A stretch of DNA of 63,453 bases from Candidatus Parvarchaeum sp. (GTDB lineage Archaea; Nanobdellota; Nanobdellia; Parvarchaeales; Parvarchaeaceae), in contig JBMFWF010000003.1 of the NCBI GenBank assembly GCA_049965555.1, forward strand, positions 1 through 63,453. Reading direction: 5' to 3'. How positions within the stretch are numbered: position 1 is the stretch's first letter; every line of letters begins with the position of its first letter. The notes under the pieces are model-generated. The model was given only the letters and a program-made list of their open reading frames with translations. It searched no databases and was not told where the DNA came from. The position numbers and the translations under genes are program-made. Shown in pieces: positions 1 through 8,843 of the stretch.

Positions 1-1054
1 TACCATAAGAGGCTGTTATGGTTTTTCTTCGGCCTATCTTGTCTAAAGCAAACGACATTGCAATTATACCTAAGACTCCTGCCAGTGTTATGTATACAAG
101 AGAAAGGCCAACACTGGATGGGCTGTACTTGAAGAACTTTACGAGTATTACTGGTATAACGGAAAATGCTGCATAATAAGGCCAAACCTCTGTCAAATTA
201 AGTATTATTGCCAAAGTTATCCTCTTCGGATACTTCCTGAACAAAAGGCCGTACTTTGCTGAAAGCTTCTGCGAAGAGAAGTTAAGCATCTCTGCGCTGA
301 CTGGGGGAAGTTTCTTATGAGTCTTGGCCTGATAGGCCTTTTCTGCCTTGCTTACTATGGCCTCAGCTTCCTTCAGCCTGTTCTTTCTTATAAGATATCT
401 TACTGATTCCGGAAGCTTTAATCTTGCTATGAAAACTACAACTGCTAATATGACTGCCGAGGCGAAAGCGATCCTCCATCCTATAGTTGAAGGAAGCAGT
501 GCTATTGCGAAGAATGCCACCAATGAAGCTGCGACTGTTCCTACGTCAAATGCTGTCGCATTTCCCGAGGCTACTGCCAATCCCCTCTTTTTAGGAGGCA
601 CAAACTCTGCCAGAGCTGTATTCGCTACTGCTACTTCTCCCTCTGCACCGATTGCTGTTATTATCCTACCGAATACCAATGAACCGTAGTTAAAGGAGAG
701 GGCAACTATTACGCTGCCGATGATTACAATGCTAACTGTTATTATGAAAACCTTTTTCCTTCCGATATAATCGGCCATTGTTCCCATTAAGAAGGAGCCT
801 ATAAGAGCACCTACTAGGTACAAAGGAGTCAATACAACTGCTTCAAATGTTGTAAGATTAAATTGTTTTTCAAGTGCACCCAAAGTTGCACCGCCTAGTG
901 AAATAGAAAAACCCTCTAAAATGACGCCTGCAAACAGAATCGCAAAGATGTAAGTGTGCCATGAATTCCAAGGAATCCTGTCTAACCTTGCAGTTAAGTT
1001 TGTTTTAATAGAACGAATATCACCTTTTTCACTGGTTTTAGCTGAATTAGGCAT
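1..1054 (-). CDS. MFS transporter, sugar porter-like (C-terminus runs off the window start)
   Basis: Not in the ORF track; translated by hand from ATG at 1054: MPNSAKTSEKGDIRSIKTNLTARLDRIPWNSWH...; MFS motif A-like GTMADYIGRKK and E..P.K.RG; many hydrophobic helices. Confidence 0.85.
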   Translation of the reverse strand, partial: MPNSAKTSEKGDIRSIKTNLTARLDRIPWNSWHTYIFAILFAGVILEGFSISLGGATLGALEKQFNLTTFEAVVLTPLYLVGALIGSFLMGTMADYIGRKKVFIITVSIVIIGSVIVALSFNYGSLVFGRIITAIGAEGEVAVANTALAEFVPPKKRGLAVASGNATAFDVGTVAASLVAFFAIALLPSTIGWRIAFASAVILAVVVFIARLKLPESVRYLIRKNRLKEAEAIVSKAEKAYQAKTHKKLPPVSAEMLNFSSQKLSAKYGLLFRKYPKRITLAIILNLTEVWPYYAAFSVIPVILVKFFKYSPSSVGLSLVYITLAGVLGIIAMSFALDKIGRRKTITASYG

Positions 1055-1151
1055 AAATAAATTAATTGCATTATCATATTTAAAGCTTTCTAGTACACAA
1101 ATGATAAAAAAATAGCTATTTGTCAGTAATCACTGAGCACAGTACTAAAAA

Positions 1152-1158
1152 CTTAAAT
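1152..1158 (+). promoter_or_regulatory. Archaeal TATA box with A-rich BRE, leaderless-type spacing
   Basis: AAAA-CTTAAAT starting 29 nt before the deoC ATG. Confidence 0.55.
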
Positions 1159-1180
1159 TAGCCTAAATTTAATATAAGTT

Positions 1181-1930
1181 ATGGAAAAATCAGAAATAGA
1201 TAAAATAATGGGTGTGGTTGACCACACCTTGCTTAAGCCTTACGCAAAGGAAAAAGAAATCAAGAAACTAATAGATGAAGCTGCTGAATTAAAAACTTAC
1301 AGCGTATGCATACATCCTTTGTTCGCAAAGGCAGCAAAAAGATACATAACGAAGAAGAACTATCCGCTTAAGATAGCAGTTACCGTTGATTTCCCGATGG
1401 GGGTTCTGACTACGAATGCGAGGGCAAAGATACTAAAGGCAGTGGCAAAGGATGTTAATGAGGTTGATTTCGTTGTGCAGATGGGCTATGTAAAATCAAA
1501 GAAATTCAATGCTGTGCAAAAGGACGTAAACAAGCTTGTTGAAGTAGCGCACCAAAATAATATTGTGATAAAATTCATAGTAGAAGATGCTTACACTACA
1601 AAGGAAGAGAAGGAAAGGCTTTATGAAATAATATGCAGTTCGAATGCTGATTTCATAAAGACAAGCACTGGATTTGCTGAGCCGGAATATACCTCTTCAA
1701 TTGGCAACAGGATAGGGGCAGATCCTGAAAACGTAAAATTAATGGCAGAAACAATAAAAAGACTTAATTCAAAAATAGGGATAAAGGCATCCGGAGGCAT
1801 ACATTCGTACCAGCAGGTTTTAGACTTGCTGAAAAGCTCTGAAAAACATTTAGATCCGAAGGAATTTCGCTTGGGCATGAGCGGGACCAGAAAACTTTAC
1901 GAAGAACTGGAAAAGCTAAAGACTAGTTAA
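1181..1930 (+). CDS. deoC: Deoxyribose-phosphate aldolase
   Basis: VDHTLLKP, VDFPMG, Schiff-base FIKTSTGF and IKASGGI motifs. Confidence 0.92.
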   Translation: MEKSEIDKIMGVVDHTLLKPYAKEKEIKKLIDEAAELKTYSVCIHPLFAKAAKRYITKKNYPLKIAVTVDFPMGVLTTNARAKILKAVAKDVNEVDFVVQMGYVKSKKFNAVQKDVNKLVEVAHQNNIVIKFIVEDAYTTKEEKERLYEIICSSNADFIKTSTGFAEPEYTSSIGNRIGADPENVKLMAETIKRLNSKIGIKASGGIHSYQQVLDLLKSSEKHLDPKEFRLGMSGTRKLYEELEKLKTS

Positions 1931-1938
1931 AGTGAAAG

Positions 1939-2814
1939 ATGGAAATAAGCGGTGCTTTGTCTGAAGTATTTGCAGGATTAGATGAAAGAAACAATGTAGA
2001 CGAGCAGAAAACCATTGATTACATAAAGTTTCTAGTAAAAAATGGCGTCAAGGCATTGTTTGTTGGTGGCATAGCTGCAGAAACGCTTTCATTTTCCTAT
2101 AATCAGAGAGAGAAATGGCTGAAGGCAGTTAAATCAGCAGCCAGCGATACTCCGATAATATTCCAACTCAAGAGCCCATCTAACATTGAAGAATTGAAAA
2201 AACAGATTGATTTAGCGGAAGATAACGATGTTGCTGCCGTGTCTCTAAGCCAGCCTTACCCTATACCTTTAAGCAGCAATGAGCTAGTGGATTACTTCAA
2301 CAAAGCGTGCAAACTAACCAGTCTTCCAATAATGGTTTACAATGAGCCAACGGTTGGAAAACCGATAGATGTGCAGACTCTGAATCTTATAATAAAAAAC
2401 AACGGGAACATCAAGTTTTACAAGGACAGCACCCACAACATGATTGATTTGCATAGCTTAATCATGGAAAACCCGCAGCTTAAAGTTCTTGCAGGCAGTG
2501 ATGGATTGATATTTGACATAATGAATGCCGGCGGAAAAGGTGTTGTTTCACTGGTTGTGAATCCCTTCCCTGAGCTTATAAACGAAGAGGTAAAGGCATT
2601 GCAGAATAAAGACATAGATAAAGCGCTGGAACTTCAAAATAAGATTCTTAAAGTAAGGTCAATATTGAAAGAAGGAGGGCTAACAGCCGGCTATAGGTAT
2701 GCAATGAAGCTTAGGGGAATAGACATAGGAAAAGCTCCTTTTCCCTATTCAAATGTAAATGAAGAAGCGAAATCGAAGATAGAGAAAAGCCTCAAAGAAC
2801 TCAAATTATTATAA
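1939..2814 (+). CDS. Dihydrodipicolinate synthase/KDG aldolase family (class I aldolase)
   Basis: MVYNEP (Tyr), YKDS (Schiff-base Lys), LAGSD, GGKGVVS; the usual GTTGE reads GIAAE. Confidence 0.85.
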   Translation: MEISGALSEVFAGLDERNNVDEQKTIDYIKFLVKNGVKALFVGGIAAETLSFSYNQREKWLKAVKSAASDTPIIFQLKSPSNIEELKKQIDLAEDNDVAAVSLSQPYPIPLSSNELVDYFNKACKLTSLPIMVYNEPTVGKPIDVQTLNLIIKNNGNIKFYKDSTHNMIDLHSLIMENPQLKVLAGSDGLIFDIMNAGGKGVVSLVVNPFPELINEEVKALQNKDIDKALELQNKILKVRSILKEGGLTAGYRYAMKLRGIDIGKAPFPYSNVNEEAKSKIEKSLKELKLL

Positions 2815-2892
2815 TTGCAAATGCTTTCACTAAATCTACTTATCCAAGAAATACGGGCAGATTCTGCTGCTGTCCTTAAAGTATTATAGAAC

Positions 2893-3003
2893 AGGTGAGC
2901 GCGGGAGTCGAACCCGCCTACTTCGTTTACGGCTATGAAACGGAAATGCTGAGACAGCATTTGTCATTTGCAGACGAATACATAGCCGCTCTGTCAGCTC
3001 ACC
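2893..3003 (-). tRNA. tRNA-Cys(GCA) with 40-nt intron at 37/38 (intron 2928-2967)
   Basis: Acceptor GGTGAGC/GCTCACC, U73, anticodon stem TTCGT/ACGAA, CT-GCA-A, T arm GCGGG-TTCGACT-CCCGC; intron hairpin AAATGCTG/CAGCATTT. Confidence 0.9.
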
Positions 3004-3045
3004 ACATGACAGAATAAAAATTTTAATCTTTAATAGAATAAAAAC

Positions 3046-3378
3046 CTATGAGATGTTCTTTCCCAAAGGAACCTCTTTATCAGGAGAAAGCAAGACAACT
3101 CCATTTTCGGTTTCAACTCCAAGGACAAGTACTTCCGAGATAAAGTCTGCAATCTGCTTTGGCCTAAAATTAACAACTGCTATTATCTGCTTTCCAACTA
3201 AGTCCTCCTTTCTGTAAAGCTTGGTAATCTGTGCGCTGCTTTTCTTTATCCCCAGCTCACCGAAATCTATTCTTAGCTTGTAAGCCGGCTTTTTTGCATT
3301 TGGGAACTCCTCTGCGCTTACTATTTTACCTGTCCTTATGTCCACCTTCTTGAAATCCTGAAAATCTATGTATTCCAT
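3046..3378 (-). CDS. csaA: CsaA/Trbp111 tRNA-binding protein / export chaperone
   Basis: DF.KVDIRTGKI, KPAYKL.IDFG, SSAQIT, VVNF.PKQIA.F.SEVLVLG. Confidence 0.88.
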   Translation of the reverse strand: MEYIDFQDFKKVDIRTGKIVSAEEFPNAKKPAYKLRIDFGELGIKKSSAQITKLYRKEDLVGKQIIAVVNFRPKQIADFISEVLVLGVETENGVVLLSPDKEVPLGKNIS

Positions 3379-3999
3379 TTATTTCTTTTTCTTTATTCTC
3401 AAAATTAAAGCTATCTTCTTTCTAAAGATGTAAAGCAGGAAGAAAAGAACGAAGGCTGCGGCGATGTATACGCCTGCTTCTTCAAAAATATTGGCTATTG
3501 CTTGCCAATTACTCGAAAGGTAATAGCCCGTATAGACAAGAAAGCCAGACCAAATAAGTATACCTGCAGAAGAGTAGGCTATGAACTTCTTTAAATCCAT
3601 CTTGAAAGCGCCGCATATTATGCCTGCTATTGAGCGGATTGCAGGCAAAAGCTTTGTGAAGAAAGCGAAGTAATCCCCGTATTTCTTTATCCATCTTATG
3701 CCTTTTTCATACTCTAAGTCTTTGAAGCCCAGCTTTTTTGAGTATCTAAGAAATATCTCTATCCCGAGGAAGTAGCCGAGAAGAAAACCTGCTATGCTCC
3801 CTAGTATGGAGGCTGATACTGCATCAGCAAAGCCTAAGTAAGGATTGATTTTTCCTATTGCTATCAAAAAGCCTGTAAATGGCAGAACTACTTCGCTTGG
3901 TATTGGAACTATAACTGATTCAAGGAACATCAATATAAAAATCGCCGAGTAGCTGTTGCTTTCTAAAAAAGCGAGTATTTGATCTAAGCCAAAAAACAT
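3379..3999 (-). CDS. DedA family membrane protein
   Basis: FLES..PIPSEVVLPF.G, G...GY.LG, hydrophobic helices. Confidence 0.88.
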   Translation of the reverse strand: MFFGLDQILAFLESNSYSAIFILMFLESVIVPIPSEVVLPFTGFLIAIGKINPYLGFADAVSASILGSIAGFLLGYFLGIEIFLRYSKKLGFKDLEYEKGIRWIKKYGDYFAFFTKLLPAIRSIAGIICGAFKMDLKKFIAYSSAGILIWSGFLVYTGYYLSSNWQAIANIFEEAGVYIAAAFVLFFLLYIFRKKIALILRIKKKK

Positions 4000-4000
4000 T

Positions 4001-4441
4001 TTACACCTTTTTTATCAGTTCCCTTGGATCCTTTCCATCGACCTTTAAGCCAAGGCTCAGGCATGAACCTAGAACCTCATTTATGAGCCCCTGTTCACTC
4101 TTTGCCAGCGAATACTGCGAATGATCCTTTGCTATCTTTTTTACTTTTTCAAAGGATATGGATGCAGATTCCTTTCTGTCGCCGAAGCCTTTTTCCAGCC
4201 CCGCTTCCTTTATAAGAAGCTGCGAAACTGAAGGCATTAAAACATTCAATTCGTATTCCTTTGTTGCTTTATCTACTTCTATCTCAACAGGAACTTTCAT
4301 CCCTGCGAAATCCTTTGTCTTGTCGTTTATCTTCTTAACAACCTCAGGCGGTTTCAAACCAAGCATTGTAAGCTGCGGTCCAAGAGGCGGAGCAGGCGTT
4401 GCTTTTCCTCCCTCAACAACAATCTTCACTTTTGTTTTCAT
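4001..4441 (-). CDS. rpl11: 50S ribosomal protein L11 (uL11)
   Basis: GGKATPAPPLGP, GMKVPV.I.VD, GSC.SLG..VDGKDP. Confidence 0.95.
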   Translation of the reverse strand: MKTKVKIVVEGGKATPAPPLGPQLTMLGLKPPEVVKKINDKTKDFAGMKVPVEIEVDKATKEYELNVLMPSVSQLLIKEAGLEKGFGDRKESASISFEKVKKIAKDHSQYSLAKSEQGLINEVLGSCLSLGLKVDGKDPRELIKKV

Positions 4442-4914
4442 TTTTGATCACTCTCGCTTTTTACTGTAGACACGTCTGATATTTTAATGTTAACGTTTAT
4501 AGGAACTGCTGACTCTAAAAACATTACTGTCAACTCTTCCTTTTCCTTGTTGACTGCTTTTACAGTTGCTGTCTCCCCCTTGAACGGGCCGGAAAGCACT
4601 TTAACCACATCCCCTATGTTTATGTCTATCTTCTGTTTCTTCTTCTCTATCGTCTTCAATGCCTCTTCTGTTGAAAGTTCTTTGTTCATTATTCCGCGGA
4701 TGTGCTTTATGTTGTATATCAAATTAGAAACGCTTTCTCTAGAATCGGCTTCTACTATTATATAGCCTTTCAAAGAATATGGCTTTATTATTGAGTAAAT
4801 GCCTTTTACCCTTGCAAGCTGCGATTCCAGCCTGTCTAGGGCCTGCATCTCCCTTCCTATCGTAACCCTAATTATGAAGAAATGCGATTCTTCACTATTT
4901 TCAGTAGCTTCCAT
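4438..4914 (-). CDS. spt5: Transcription elongation factor Spt5/NusG
   Basis: NGN domain (LKGYIIVEA) plus KOW motif GDVVKVLSGPFKGE; upstream of rpl11. Confidence 0.93.
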   Translation of the reverse strand: MEATENSEESHFFIIRVTIGREMQALDRLESQLARVKGIYSIIKPYSLKGYIIVEADSRESVSNLIYNIKHIRGIMNKELSTEEALKTIEKKKQKIDINIGDVVKVLSGPFKGETATVKAVNKEKEELTVMFLESAVPINVNIKISDVSTVKSESDQK

Positions 4915-4959
4915 ATATTTAAAAGAATATTATTCTAAGAATTTAACAGTATAAAAGCT

Positions 4960-5478
4960 TTATACTTTGTCTTTGCACCAAGCATCAAACATGTCTTCCC
5001 ACTCTTTAATATTTTCTTCTTGAATTTTTGCAAATTTTAGTATATCCTTTATCCAATCCCCTTTACGTATATAACCTATTTCAAATTTGTACTCTAGATT
5101 TTTAATAAGATAATAATCTCCGATAGCCTTCGAAAAAACCTCAGGGATTAAACCTTTATCAATTAAATTCAAGTCTGGCTTAGTTCTTTCAAGCATTTCT
5201 TCATTTACATGAGTTTTTTTAGTAAAGTATAAGACTGGTTCATATTTTTTACCATTACTAACAGATACAAGCACGTAATAATCGATTAACATGGCTTTTG
5301 AATTTGAGTAAACTCCCATTTTATTAATTTTTATGTCGCCGGAATTGGCACTTAATATGTATTCTGAAAAAGAACTAGGACTCGCACCTTCTCCCAGAAA
5401 CTTCGTATCTCCTCTATTTATTTCCATTATGCCCTCAAGTAATTCATTCAAACTGTTTTTCTTTGTATCTTTAATCAT
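4960..5478 (-). CDS. Hypothetical protein (N-terminal LNELL motif)
   Basis: 172-aa ORF with a TATA-like box about 30 nt upstream; no recognised family. Confidence 0.7.
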   Translation of the reverse strand: MIKDTKKNSLNELLEGIMEINRGDTKFLGEGASPSSFSEYILSANSGDIKINKMGVYSNSKAMLIDYYVLVSVSNGKKYEPVLYFTKKTHVNEEMLERTKPDLNLIDKGLIPEVFSKAIGDYYLIKNLEYKFEIGYIRKGDWIKDILKFAKIQEENIKEWEDMFDAWCKDKV

Positions 5479-5551
5479 GTTTATATAAGGAGATTAATCA
5501 ATATTTAAAGATTAACGATGCTTGTTTTAATGTCAAGCAGTAATGAATTTT

Positions 5552-5592
5552 AAAAGGCTGCTGCATAAATCGCTTTACAACAGCCTTTTTTT
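5552..5592 (+). terminator. Hairpin followed by a T run
   Basis: AAAAGGCTG...CAGCCTTTT inverted repeat followed by further T residues. Confidence 0.4.
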
Positions 5593-5687
5593 ATTAAAAA
5601 CTATACATTTTATCAAAGACGGAGTCGGTATGGAAAATCTGAAAAAGAAAGTAAAAACCTTAAATTTACCATATTTTTAGTTAATTA

Positions 5688-6128
5688 ATGATAGAAAAAT
5701 TGGAAAGTATTTTATATCAAAAGAAATTCAGAGGAATTGCAGAAAAGGACATTGAACTTGAGGGGGTAAAAGAACTTTATGGTAAACCAGTAGCTTTCCT
5801 TGGAGTCAGCCCTTTCTTTATGAGCTAGGGATTCTTCCATAAAAGAACTTACTTAGTACTGCCGCATTTTAAGGAGAAATTCAAATTGAAAGAAAAGGAA
5901 TATTTAGAAGATACCTTGATTATAAAGATAGAGGGAAAAGAGGAAAAGAAAATAGAGCCTATGGATTACATGTATGACAACGGCAATGGTTCTTATGACT
6001 TCCCGCCTTTCATTACTGTAAAAACCTTCAAAGGTGATTTGCATTTATGCTCTTCGCGATTTGAGAACAGCGAGTATTTGGAAATAAAGAAAAATACAAA
6101 AAAAGTGAAGGCAGTTTTTGAAAACTAG
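5688..6128 (+). pseudogene. Hypothetical gene interrupted by one in-frame TAG (5826-5828)
   Basis: ATG 5688 is in frame with ORF 5886-6128: MIEKLESILYQK...FFMS*GFFHKRTYLVLP...; TATA-like CTTAAAT 29 nt upstream of 5688. Confidence 0.7.
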
Positions 6129-6174
6129 GTTGCATATTTATAAGCAAAAAAACATAATAGATAGTATTATTTCC

Positions 6175-6249
6175 GGGCTCGTAGCTCAACTAGGTCAGAG
6201 CATTCGGCTTTTAACCGAGTGGTTGCGGGTTCAAATCCCGTCGAGCCCA
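6175..6249 (+). tRNA. tRNA-Lys(TTT)
   Basis: GGGCTCG/CGAGCCC acceptor, TTCGG-CT-TTT-AA-CCGAG, TTCAAAT T loop; CCA not encoded. Confidence 0.95.
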
Positions 6250-6421
6250 TTTTAATACTCTTATAACAACAGGGCAGTGGCAGAAGCGATTCCTGCAATA
6301 ACATCTGTTTTAAGCTTTTCAGCCATAAGTCATAATGCAGTTCATTGACCTGCGCTTTTTAGAGCATAAATAAAGAATTAAAGTTATAAGAACATAAAAT
6401 TAATTATATTATAATACTGCG

Positions 6422-7945
6422 ATGGAAACAGAAGGAACTGAGATAGTAGAAAATTATCAGGTAGTATCTGATGGTATATCTGCGGATGTTAAGATATTGA
6501 GAATACCCTCAAAGTTTACAATGAGCTACAAGATAACCACTCCAGTAATAGACCAAAGCATGAATGCAGTTCTTACTGAAATAAGGACACAGCTTATAAG
6601 GGAGGACCCGTCAAAGATACAGCAGCTTTCGCAGACTACTTCTGAAGCATTAAAAAGGGAGTTCCTCGAGATAGTCCAGAAAAAACTTCAGGAGATAATA
6701 CCCGGAATGCAGGAGAAATCTTACCTGGAACTGTCTGCTACTCTCTTGCATGAGATGTTCGGCCTTGGAATAATAGAAATACTTGATATGGACCCGAACC
6801 TTGAAGAAATAGTTATAAACGATTCAAAAACGCAGGTCATGGTTTACCACATTAAATACGGCTGGCTGGAAACAAATGTAAGGATAGAAACCGAATCTAA
6901 GATAGAGTCTTACGCACAGCAGATTGCAAGAAAGGTGGGAAGGCAGATTACAAACTTAAACCCATTGCTAGATGCACAGCTGCCAAACGGGGACAGGGTA
7001 AATGCTACTTTGTATCCTATATCCACGCACGGAAATACACTAGACATAAGGAAGTTCCGCGCAGAGCCATGGACAATAATAGATTTCCTCAAGAGAAAAA
7101 CGGTTTCACTAGAGCTGATTTCATTTGTATGGCAGGCAATGCAGTATGAGCTTTCTTTTCTTGTAACAGGAGGTACAGCAGCAGGTAAAACTTCAATGCT
7201 TAACGTTTTTCTTCCTTTTATTCCTCCGAACCAGAGGATAATAACAATAGAAGATACGAGCGAGCTTGTCCTTCCAAAATACATGCACTGGGTCCCTATG
7301 CTTACTAGGCAGCCTAACTCTGAAGGAAAGGGACAGGTAACAATGCTTGATCTTTTGCTTAACTCGCTTAGGATGAGGCCTGACCGTTTGGTAGTAGGTG
7401 AGATAAGAAAGAAGGAAGACGCACAGACTCTTTTCGAAGCGATGATGACTGGTCACTCAGTTTATGCAACTATGCACGCAGAGACCGCACAGCAGGTTGT
7501 AAAAAGGTTAATATCGGAACCGATAGATCTGCCGGAAATTGAAGTTTCAACGCTTGATCTTATAATAACTTCATTCAGGCAGAGAAGAACAGGCGTAAGA
7601 AGGGTATTAGAGCTCGCTGAGATAGTTGAACGACAGGTAAGCGGACAGATGGAGCTTAAGACCAACAACCTGTTTGAATGGAAGCCGAGAAATGACTCCA
7701 TAGAAAGGACAATAAATACTTCACAGAAGATCTCAACTAAGCTAGCGCTTTACTCAGGATTGACAAGCGAGGAGATGGCCGCGGATCTCAAGGAAAAAGA
7801 AGTAGTTTTGCAGTGGATGATTGAAAAAGGAATAAACAATGTAAATGTGATAGGTTTGGCAGCAAGCAATTACTACACAAACCATGACAAGTTAATGCAG
7901 TTAGTAAACGACAAAGGAGATCCTTCGGAATTGGAAACTCTGTGA
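6422..7945 (+). CDS. Type II/IV secretion, archaeal pilus assembly ATPase (TadA/FlaI-like)
   Basis: Walker A GGTAAGKT, Asp box TIEDT.EL, LRMRPDRLVVGE, His box TGH..YATMHA. Confidence 0.93.
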   Translation: METEGTEIVENYQVVSDGISADVKILRIPSKFTMSYKITTPVIDQSMNAVLTEIRTQLIREDPSKIQQLSQTTSEALKREFLEIVQKKLQEIIPGMQEKSYLELSATLLHEMFGLGIIEILDMDPNLEEIVINDSKTQVMVYHIKYGWLETNVRIETESKIESYAQQIARKVGRQITNLNPLLDAQLPNGDRVNATLYPISTHGNTLDIRKFRAEPWTIIDFLKRKTVSLELISFVWQAMQYELSFLVTGGTAAGKTSMLNVFLPFIPPNQRIITIEDTSELVLPKYMHWVPMLTRQPNSEGKGQVTMLDLLLNSLRMRPDRLVVGEIRKKEDAQTLFEAMMTGHSVYATMHAETAQQVVKRLISEPIDLPEIEVSTLDLIITSFRQRRTGVRRVLELAEIVERQVSGQMELKTNNLFEWKPRNDSIERTINTSQKISTKLALYSGLTSEEMAADLKEKEVVLQWMIEKGINNVNVIGLAASNYYTNHDKLMQLVNDKGDPSELETL

Positions 7946-7946
7946 G

Positions 7947-8843
7947 ATGGAAACGAAAATACCCGCTGTGATGATTTCCCCTGAAAAGGCCATTTTTTTC
8001 GGCAAGAAGGTAAAAAAATTTGCTCCGATGTTCAAAGGAATGTCTCCAACATTAAGGCAGGACCTTTTGCAGGCCTCGATGGACATAGACTACCTTGACT
8101 ATATAGCGGCAGGGATAATAGTCACCTTGGTTTTAGTAGGGTTGATGTTAGGTGTATCGGCGCTCATTCTTCTTATAGCCATAAAAAAAGACCTTCTTAC
8201 TATAAAGATAGAAGCAATACTGCCGATTCTAATTTTAGTAGTGCCTGGAATCTACTTCCTGTATTTCCTAAACTATCCAAAACTTCAGGCAGTAAAAAGG
8301 ACAAAACTTATAGAAGAGCAGGTTGTATTTGCAACTAGAGAGATAATGATAAAAGTAGGCTCCGGAGTACCTGTCTTCAATGCCCTACTAGATGTTGCAA
8401 ATGGAGATTACGGTGTTGTATCAGATGAATTCAAGCTTGCAATAGAAGAAATTGAATCAGGAGTTCCACAGGAAGAAGCTTTAGACCACCTAGCAAGAAG
8501 AGTTCCCTCCCAGTCTCTTAGAAGAACTATAGATATAATGTTGAATGCAATAAAATCGGGAAGTGATGTTGCAGGCACACTTACTCTTATAAATGACATG
8601 CTGATTAAAAAACAGCAGTCTGACATGAAGTCATATGCTGGTGAACTGACCCCCATGTCAATGGCTTATATGCTTATCTCAGTCGTGCTGCCAAGTTTGG
8701 GTATGTCTGTATTTGTAATTCTTGGTTCGTTAGCTCATTTTAACACAGTAGACATAATGTATATAATACCGCCTTTTCTTTTGATGTTCCAGATATTCTT
8801 CATGGGGATGGTAGGTAATAGGAGGCCTTCGATAGGAGTATGA
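7947..8843 (+). CDS. TadC/FlaJ-like pilus platform membrane protein (T2SS F family)
   Basis: TM pair, YGVVSDEF...E..SG...EEAL..LA.R, C-terminal TMs; follows the ATPase. Confidence 0.88.
   Translation: METKIPAVMISPEKAIFFGKKVKKFAPMFKGMSPTLRQDLLQASMDIDYLDYIAAGIIVTLVLVGLMLGVSALILLIAIKKDLLTIKIEAILPILILVVPGIYFLYFLNYPKLQAVKRTKLIEEQVVFATREIMIKVGSGVPVFNALLDVANGDYGVVSDEFKLAIEEIESGVPQEEALDHLARRVPSQSLRRTIDIMLNAIKSGSDVAGTLTLINDMLIKKQQSDMKSYAGELTPMSMAYMLISVVLPSLGMSVFVILGSLAHFNTVDIMYIIPPFLLMFQIFFMGMVGNRRPSIGV

Noticed and set aside
5826-5828. Amber recoding or pyrrolysine readthrough
   Set aside because: TAG is an ordinary stop in this window (6126-6128, 21140-21142, 36450-36452) and no pyl genes or suppressor tRNA are seen.
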